NCBI GenBank assembly: GCA_039096225.1
Contig: JBBPEB010000022.1
Coordinates: forward strand, 1 to 64,000
DNA: 64,000 bases
Source: Blastocystis sp. Blastoise
Lineage: Eukaryota; Protista; Bigyra: Opalinata
Direction of reading: 5' to 3'
Positions 53,896 through 64,000 of the stretch are shown here, piece after piece; position 1 is the first letter of the stretch; each line of letters starts with the position of its first letter. The translations under genes and the position numbers were made by a program. The notes under the pieces are model-generated. The model ran no database searches and had not been told where the DNA came from. It saw nothing but the letters and a program-made list of their open reading frames with translations.

Positions 53896-54093
53896 ATAGG
53901 TAATCTATCTAATGAAGGCATATGAAGAGTTGAATTACTATTACTTGATTCTTTAATAATTTCTCTGCTTGCTTCATCTAATACTATAGTTTCTTGTTTC
54001 ATTTCTTGAGATAAACTTAATCTTTGTTCTTTATTTATTATATTCTTCTTTGTATCTCTAATAAACTGTCTCATTGGACTACCTTCTTCTTCA

Positions 54094-54151
<58 letters not shown>

Positions 54152-54780
54152 TAAAAGTAAATATTTCTTTATTATCTTTCTTAGGAGTATGTAATAAATC
54201 ATTTGAGTCCTGTATATCTATATCTATATCCATATCTAAATTTAATTTATCTAATTCATGTTTTTGTTTTTTATTTATATTAAATAATGAATGATTATTA
54301 TTTATATAAGGTAACGATTGAGGATGAAGAGGACAACTTGGTCCCATACATATATTATTATTATTAATATTATTATTATTATTATTATTATTAGTTATAG
54401 AAGAAATAGTAGGAATTGAATTATTTGTAGAATTTGAAAGCATATTATTCGTAGAAGATAGTGTTTTATTTGTATCTAATTGATTTCTTATACTTTGTAT
54501 AGATGAAAAACTAAAAGAAGAAATAGAATTACTATTATTATTCTCTTTAATAGGTAATAATCCACGATAACTATTACTAAATTCATTAAAGGAATGTTGA
54601 GATAATTCGATTATTTCATGTTGAGTTAAAGTCTGTGGAACAATATGCTTCTTCTTCTTAGAATTTGAATTATTATTATTATTACTAGTTGAACTAGTAG
54701 TAGAAGAAGATGAAATTGTACTTGAATTTGATATCTTTTGAGGGGAAACAGGTGACGAAGAAGAGAATGTAAATGAAGAT

Positions 54781-54822
<42 letters not shown>

Positions 54823-54913
54823 GTATTATTAGTATTAGTATTATTAGTATTATTATCAACAATAAAATTAAATCCTGATGAATAACAAGAAGAAGATACA
54901 GGCATTGAGAAAC

Positions 54914-54980
<67 letters not shown>

Positions 54981-56766
54981 TGGAGTAGATAAAGTTAATG
55001 GATGAGGTAAGAGTGTAGATTTATTATTAATATTATTATGAGGAGTATTGATTTTAGGAGAAGGAAGAGCAGGAGACATAGCTATAGGTATATAGGGTAT
55101 TTTATAATCATATATAAAAGAATCATCAATTTGATAATTATCTAAAATTTCTTTTTTAATTTTCCATACTTTTGCTTTAGAAAGTTGTGTTTTTTCTTTT
55201 CTATCAACTATTTCTCGGAATTTTCGTTCAATCTATATTATTAACGAGGTTCATAGATAGAATAAATATAATAATAAAAGAATAATAGTAAAAATATTAA
55301 AAATAAAAGACAAACTAAAATTAATAACAAATAAATTACATAAATAATAAAAACTAAAACCTTAGAAAAAAAAAGAAACATAAATAAAACTAAGCTATTA
55401 ATAATAAAAATATATGTATATATATACTTGTATTTTCTTTAAAACAGGATATTTATCAAATACTGTTTCTACAACATTAGGAATAGAAATAGAATGATTA
55501 TGACTAATATAAATAATATATTTTATCATTTCATCATTAATTTCTATTCTTTGTTTAGATGGAGAAGTAATGTCACTTCTATTTATATGGTTATCATTAA
55601 TAGTATTAATAGAATCAAGACCATGTTTCTGAATAACATCTTTCTTTTGTTTAATATCATTATAATTTAACATATGTAAACAACAAAAATATAAATCAGA
55701 TTCTTTTTTAATTGTTTTAATAGTATTTACAGTAATAGGAAGTATAGATTTATTATTATTATTATTTATATTTTCATTATTATTATTATTATTATTATTT
55801 TCTATAGTCATACAATTAGATAGATCAATAGACATAGAAGAAGAAGAAGACAGAGTATTTATAGTATCTTCTTGATATATATTTGTTAAAGGACCAATAC
55901 AAATAGGTTTTTTAGTACGTAATGTAGCATCTTCACCATTTCTTCTTCCTGATAATTGATTTAATATATATGTACTTTTCTCTTCTGCAGACATTTGAAG
56001 ACCTTCTGGTATTTCAACATCATCTTCTACCATAAATCCATCATTATAATCAAATTTATTAGGTTCTTGTTCATTTTCTTGATCATTCTCATCATCATCA
56101 TCTTCTTCATTAATATCATCATTAATAATATCACTATCTACATGACTATCTTCATCTTCATCTTCTGACCATTCTATACCACTATCAAAACTATAATCTA
56201 ATTCATTCTCTTGCTTAAAAGGAGTTCTAGGAGTTATTATTAATGAATGTTTATGCCTTCTACCAAAGAAGGCAGGACGATTATCCTCATAAAATTGTGT
56301 TAATTGATATCTATAATATTGGCGAAGATGATAATATATTTCATTTGAAGTATACTGTTTTATAGATTTATGTAAAGATATATATGGCTTTATAGAAGAA
56401 ACAGAAGGAGAAGGAGAACAAGGAGATATTGAAGACGTATTTAAAATTTCGATATCATTTGAATTCTCATTTTGATAGCTAGTATTATTATTATCACTAT
56501 TATTATTATTATCATTAGATGATGGAAATAGAAGGGATTTATGAGTATTTGAATTCGATTTTAATCCATTATATATAGTATTATATTCTTGTTTAAATTG
56601 TTTATATAATAATTGATTCTCTTTTTGGATATTTAATTTCATTTTACGAAATAATTGTATATCATCCATTATTAAATTAGGTATAGAATCATTATTATTT
56701 AAAGAATGCTTATATTCTACTTTCTTTCTCTCCTCTTCTTCTAAATAATAATAATAATAAAGAGTA

Positions 56767-56801
<35 letters not shown>

Positions 56802-56982
56802 ATATATATATACGTTGTAACTGTGTGAGTAATTCAGGATTATTTTCTTGTTTCGTAATAATATCTTTTTTCTCTTCTTGTTTAATTTTAGGAGCAGCAC
56901 TAAAGAAATTAAATATACTATTTATTTGCTTTGTTTCTTTCTCTTTCTCCTTTTCTTTCTTATCTTCTATCTTCTCTTTTCT

Positions 56983-57073
<91 letters not shown>

Positions 57074-58376
57074 TCAACATAATATATTTAAACATTCATT
57101 ATTAAATGAAAATAATATATATATAAACTAAATAATATATATACTTTTCTTCTTCTATTTTCATTTTCTTTGCTAATTCTTCTTCTTTTTTCTTTTGAGC
57201 TAATAATTCTTTCTGTTTCTTTTCCTCTTGCTTCTTTAATAATTTCTCTTCTTCCTTCTTCTGTTTTTCTTCTTTCTTCTGCTTTTCTTCTTTTATCTAT
57301 AAATAGTGTAGAAAAAATAAAATGCTTATAAATTAGATTAATAATTTTATAATATATTGATACCAAAAAATATATGAATAGGATATCATAAAAAAAAATA
57401 ATAATAATAATAAAAAAATAAACAATATAAAACCATTACAACTATCGTAAATCATATAAAAATACTTTATTATCAATTTCAATATATTTCTGATGAGCTA
57501 ATACTTTTGCTTGTGCATTTTTTGTGTTTATATTTTCTAATTTACTTATTTTTTCAGCAGATTGTTGCTCTTTTATTGCTTTTATTAATTGACTTAATGA
57601 AGAAATAGTTTTCTGACGACATTTCCTTTCTTTGCGAACTGCAAATATATATCGTTTTGAATCTGAAGGAAGAAAATTTGTATTAATACATTGCCAAAAC
57701 CATGCATAAATAGGATTTGTATCATCATAAGGTTCAACAGAATCCGTTGGAGTAGCTCCATTATACTCTCTTGTCGCTAAGAGCTTTATATAACTTTTCA
57801 TTATATCTTTATTCAACTTTGAATAAAGAGAAGACACTTCATCTGTTATATCTATAGGTATATCTTCATCGATATCTTCATCATTCATCATTTCTTCAGT
57901 CTCTGGACGAAGAAAACTTAATATATAGTCAGCTAACACATTCAATGAGAGTGATGATCCTTCACAAAGTCTTGCAATCAATGTAGAAACACTACTGTCA
58001 AGTTCATCAGGCGTACTGGGAGCCGTAGCAACTTTGATATTTCGAAATGTTTGTAATAATTCTTGAGTATTCTCATGTTCTGTTAAATTAAAGGTAATAT
58101 TATCCTCCGATGCTTCTTTAATTAAAGTATCATACTGACTCTTTAATAATTCCAATTGGTCAGTCGATGACTATATTCAAATTATCGTTGATGAACATAA
58201 AAACAATATACCATATCTATTTTTGACTTCTATATAACTTGATATTCTTTGTAATTGATAAATAACTAATAAAAGACGTATATCAGACAGTATCAAACGA
58301 GATATACAAAAATATTGACCTAGAACAGTCAACCGATACTAAAATGGAGGGAAAATTTCCCACAGGAGGTATTCAT
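53028..58376 (-). CDS. CHAF1A: Chromatin assembly factor 1 subunit A (p150/Cac1)-like with long Asn-rich tail; start approximate
   Basis: K/E/R-rich coiled coil, PIP-like KQINSIFNFF, FYEDNRPAFFG..PRTPF..LDYSFDSGIEWSEDEDE..DGFMVEDD, terminal QNTIFNYF. Confidence 0.8.
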
Positions 58377-58751
58377 TTTTGTTTATAGAAAAAGAAAATG
58401 CTGTTCCTCATAGAAAAAAAATAATTGTGGGAATTTCTACAAAATTGGTCAGAATATTCGGATTTCCTGAGTACTAGGAATACAATGGGAAGAAATTGAG
58501 TTTGCAATTTTCATTTTTGTGTTAAAATAGAAAAATAGATCTTTGGATTTTCAAAGGAATTCAAACAAATTCTGCATAAAAGTCAGAATAATTACGATTG
58601 TGCTCTACATATGGGAAGGGGATAATTGAAGTGTCCTTTATTTTATCGGGTGTTCGTAGCAAAGTTTACCCCCTGGATGGAAAAATCCAAAATAATCTTT
58701 ATTATTTCTGTTTTTTTAACTATAATCTTTGTTAATAAAAGACAAAACAAG

Positions 58752-59647
58752 ATGATTCGTATGTTTTCTAAGAAGGGCGTTGATGCAGGAGAGAAGAAAA
58801 ATGAAGAAATAGAAGAAGTCGACAACCATGATCTTATTCCTCCTCCTCAAAAAAACTTTGAATTACCTCAAGAATTTATTGATGCTGAAGAAGAAGATTT
58901 CAATGGAAGAAAAACAAATCCTTCTGTATTTTGATGATTTCTCTACACATATGTTTTCTACATTATTCTTTATTTAGATTAAAAAATATATTATGGATCA
59001 TTATATTGAAAGTGAAATGAGAAAAAAGTATTTTCAATAAATTTTATTTATTTTTCATTATTCATAATATATATCTACGTATTATGTCTTTTTAGGGAAG
59101 ATTCTTTTTCTACTTATAAAGATGTCTCAGTATGGTGTGGTACTTGGAATGTAAATGGTAATAAAGTAGATGAAGATATTACTGAATGGCTTACTGGTGA
59201 AAAAGAAGGAGTTCCTGATGATGATATTTATGTTCTTGGTCTTGAAGAAATGGTTGATTTAACAGCTACATCTATTGTTATGGAAAATCAAAGTCAAAAA
59301 CGTGCTGAAGTTTGGAAAGAAACTTTATATAAAACACTTAATAAAGATTATGAAAACCCTGAAGTATGTATTATATATATATGTATTATTTTATTCATAT
59401 TTTATTTATTTTATTATATTTTATGTATTTTTATTATATATATATATATAGGAAGATGGATATAAATTTGTTGATCAAAAGATATTAGTAGGTGTTTATA
59501 TATGTATTTATGCTAAAGCTGAAATCTATGATCTTATTTCTAATGTTATGGGTATATATATATATATATTATTTTATTTATATTATTATATTTATATATA
59601 TTATTATGTTTATATTATTATATTTATATTATTATTATTTTTTTTGC

Positions 59648-59702
<55 letters not shown>

Positions 59703-60676
59703 ATGATACTGCAGCTGTTGGTTTTATGGGTATTATGGGTAATAAAGGAGGTGCTGGTATTCGATTCAATCTAGATTGTAGTAACATATGCTTTGTTTGC
59801 TCTCATTTAGCTGCTCATAGAGAAAAAGTTTATAATAGAAATGCTGATTTCCATAGGTATATATATATATATTATTCTATTTATTATTAATATGAATATA
59901 TTATAAAGAATATATTTTATTTTATCTATTATTTTAAAAATTTCTCTATATATAATAATTATTTTATAGTATTATTGATCGTTTAAGATTCAGTAATGAA
60001 GCTAAGCCTTCTTTAACAGAATCTAAATCTTATAATAATATTGTAAAGACTGAAGAAGAAGAAAAAGAAGAAGAGGAAAAGAAAGAAAAGGAAGAAGAAG
60101 AAAAGAAAGAAGAAGATGATGAAGAAGAAGATAATAGTAATGCTTATAAAGTCTTAGATCATGATGTTGTTATTTGGGTATTTATATATATTATTATATA
60201 TATTATTATATTTATTATTATATTTATTATTATATTTATTATTATATTTATTATTATATTTATTATTATATTTATTATTATATTTATTATATTTATTATA
60301 TATAATTATATTTATTATTATATATTATTATATATAGATTGGTGATTTGAACTACCGTATTACTACTGATGTTCCTACAATGACTGTGTTTGAACAAGCA
60401 GAAGCTGGACAATTAGATTATCTCTTAAAGAAAGATCAAGTATATATTATTATTTATTATTATTTACTATTTTGATAAATATCATTATATTTATTTATAA
60501 TAATAATATTATTATTCCCTATACTATTTCTATATAGTTAATTGAATCTCATAAGGCTGGATTAGTCTTTGAAGACTTTACGGAGCCCGCCATTACCTTC
60601 CCGCCTACTTATAAATATGTTAAGAAGACTAATACTTATGATAAGAGAAATGAAAAGAAACTTAGAGCTCCTGCTT

Positions 60677-60721
<45 letters not shown>

Positions 60722-61805
60722 AATATTATTATCTTCTATTTATATTATATTTATCTTCTATTTATATTATATTTATCTTCTATTTATATTACTATTATTA
60801 TCATAATACTTATTATATGTTATAGGTGTGATAGAGTATTATATCATTTGAATGATACAGTTAATGAGGACACGATAGAGGTTCAGAAATACGACCATGT
60901 TATGGACATGATGGCCTCGGATCATAAACCTGTATACTGCTTATTTAAGATGAAAGTGAAACATCATAATAAGAAACAAATGAAAACTATTCGTAATACT
61001 ATCGAAAAGGAATTAAATGATGTTAATAGCAATGATATTCCCGATGTATATTTTATTTTTTATATTTATTTATATTTTATTTTTATTTTATTTTTATTTT
61101 ATTTTTATTAGATTATATTATTTATTTATTTATTTATATCTTTTTTTTTATTTATATTATTTATATTTATATATATTATTATTATTATATTTATTTATAT
61201 TATTATTATTATATTTATTATATTTATAATAGATAACTGTTAGTACTGAATCTATTTCTTTCGATAATATCAGTTATAAAGTACCTCAGGAACAGACTAT
61301 TCAAATTACTAATAATGGTTCTAATATTGCTTATTTCAATTTCTTAGCTAAGGCTGAAGATCGTTATATATGTAAACATATGTATAATATTACTCCTTCT
61401 TATGGTATGATATTACCTGGTGAACATACAGATATTAAAGTTGAATGTAATATTGATATCAGATCTGCTCAAGAATTAAATAAAGGTGATTTATTATTAG
61501 AAGATATAGTTACTTTAAGAGTTCATGGAGATAATGATTATCATATACAAATAGATGGTTCTTATAATATATCTTCATTCGGTCAAACACTTGATAACTT
61601 AGTTAAGATGAAATTACCTATTCGTAAATGTACTAATTTGGTTCTTACTCCTGTTTCTCCTTCTTATATGAATATACCTAAGGAAATGTGGAGAATGGTT
61701 GATTATTTATATAAGAATGGATTATATACAAAAGGATTATGGATTGAAAAGGGTAGTTATATATTTTATTATATATATTATTCTATTTATTATTATTATT
61801 GTATT

Positions 61806-61884
<79 letters not shown>

Positions 61885-61950
61885 AGAAGAAGATAAGATT
61901 CGTACTATTCGTGAGGCTTTAGATACAGGTGATGCCTTCCAAGGTGTTGA

Positions 61951-61982
<32 letters not shown>

Positions 61983-62622
61983 TACTAATAATAATAATGA
62001 TTATATATATATAGTGCATTAAGTATGGCGGATGCTTTCCAAGATTTCTTATCTTCTTTATATATACCTATATTACCTGATATATATACTCAGAAATTAG
62101 AAGGAGTTAAGAAAGTAAATATGAAGGCTGCTAGAGCTTTTGTAGATACTTTACCTACTATTCATCGTAATTCATTTATTTATATTATTATGTTCTTAAG
62201 AGAATTATTAAAATATGACCAACAAAATGATCTTACTCCTGCTTTCTTATCTATGGTATTTGCTCGTTGTCTTATATCTCCTCCTGTTAATAAACATAGT
62301 ATAAGCAAGAAATATAGAACTATTCAAGTATATATATATTAATAATAATTATTAATCAAATATGAATATATCATCAATTCTTATAATTATATCTATAATA
62401 TTAATTATTATTATATACATCAATACATATATACTATTATTATAGGAAGCTGTAACTAGCTTATTAGCTGTATTCCTTAAGAGCAGTGTTGCTGAATTAT
62501 GTGGAGAAGAAGAAGAAGAAGAAGGAGAAGAGGAAGGAGAAGGAGAAGAAGATGATGATGATGATGATCGTACTCCTATGTCACCTGCTGAAGGAGAAGG
62601 AGAAGGAGAAGAAGAAGAATAA
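58752..62622 (+). CDS. OCRL/INPP5B-like inositol polyphosphate 5-phosphatase (5-phosphatase, ASH and RhoGAP-like domains)
   Basis: GTWNVNG, GIMGNKGG, FVCSHLAAH, WIGDLNYRI, FPPTYKY, PAWCDRVL, SDHKPV, PSYGMILPGE, IPKEMWRMVDYL. Confidence 0.92.
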
Positions 62623-63669
62623 ACAAATTATTTATAATTGTACTATTATTTATTTTTGTATTCTTATTCATTATATATATATTTGCTTATATATATTATA
62701 TTTATTTTATTCTTTCTTCTTTTTATAAAAGAAACATACTTTTGAATTTATTTTATTTTTCAACTGTTGTTTTTTTTTAATTTAAATTTTTAATTGACAT
62801 CTTCATCACTTGAATAATTATTTATATTCTTATCATTTCCAATACTCAATACTCTTTTTCCTATTTACTTTAAAACCATTTTAACTTTATGATTTCATTT
62901 ATTTATATCTTTATAAACAAAATATACATTCTCCTTGTTTTAATAGTTTTATTATTTCATATTTACAATTCATTATACTATACATATTATGGATGTATCC
63001 TATTTGTATTACTACTATATTATGTATATCTTTTATTCTAAAGATTTTTTATTTTTTAATATAAATAATTTTTCTTTTATTTTTAGATAGTTTAAATTGT
63101 GTTTTGCTTGTATAGTTTATGTTTTCAATATAATTATAAGCTATTCATTAGTAATTATGTTCATGATCGACATAAAAAATCATGATTTCTCAAAACATTA
63201 TAATATATGTGCTTTGTATATAGCACGAAAACAATAAAAAATCAACATTATTGATATGAGGCATATTTTAATTGAAAATGTTTTTAGAAAAGTTGACTGT
63301 TTCAACATATAATGTCAGGAGAACAATACAAATAACATGAATAAAATAAGGAAACTTTCAAATATGATTCTTGAAATAAAACCAACTCCATTGCTACGTT
63401 ATTTAATAAATATATTCTTGTATATCTCTAAAAATAAACCAAATGTCTTTTATTTAGCTGTCATTATCGTTGAATAACATGCTATGATTAAAAGAATAAA
63501 ACACAATGAAATTTGAAAGAAAACAGTTGTGTTTTTAAAATTTATTGTTTATTCGTATTTCTTTCTTCAATTTTTCATTTTCATATCAATCTACTTTTTT
63601 CGTAAAGAACAGACGTACCGTGGTTTTTCATACAAATTATTGTCTCTTCATTATTTAAGATAATTGCTC

Positions 63670-64000
63670 ATGAATTGCTTTTCAATTGTTTTTCTCTTCC
63701 TAATCTCTATTGTTTCAGCAGTTACAAAGAATGGAGAACAACAAATCAACTATTTTTCACTCAATAAAGTTCCATTAGATGAAACAGATGAAGATAAAAG
63801 ACGTTTAAGTGATAGTTTTTATAAAGCTCCTACATTTGGAAGTGTTCTCAGACTTGGGTATATGCTTTATTCTATTATTCTTACTTTATTAATAGTTATT
63901 ATTATGCTATTGGATACATTGGAACACCTCCTCAACGAACAACTTTGATTATAGATACAGGTAGTCATTTAACAGCTACACCATGCTCAGATTGTAGAGA
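63670..64000 (+). CDS. A1 aspartic protease (plasmepsin V-like), 5' part only
   Basis: Signal peptide, then after a short intron GYYYAIGYIGTPPQRTTLIIDTGSHLTATPCSDC. Confidence 0.85.

Overview
Very AT-rich, intron-containing eukaryotic DNA using the standard code; the taxon cannot be fixed from the window. Bases 1-46,238 are a nest of one Helitron family. It holds an autonomous-type copy A (<1-12,063), four ~6.3-6.6 kb non-autonomous copies (B 14,963-21,547 -, C 24,851-31,344 +, D 33,390-39,956 -, E 33,377-46,238 +) and a probable older relative H0 (14,952-32,921). Bases 46.9-64 kb are ordinary host genes: RPT3, tRNA-Leu(TAA), a hypothetical gene, CAF-1 p150-like, OCRL/INPP5B-like and the start of an aspartic protease. 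The Helitrons have five unusual properties. (1) RepHel is the last exon of a predicted 15-exon, 2,085-aa gene with only phase-1 introns and a tandem array of micro-exons. (2) Two copies have precisely lost the first 2 or 3 introns, which hints at an RNA/cDNA step in a DNA transposon. (3) Every copy carries antisense tRNA-like cloverleaves with compensatory changes, each heading a ~245-bp repeat array. (4) A second, divergent spliced transcript ends at the cloverleaf. (5) Copies repeatedly insert into the first 9-13 nt of other Helitrons' 5' termini. All splice models were built by eye and no database searches were run.
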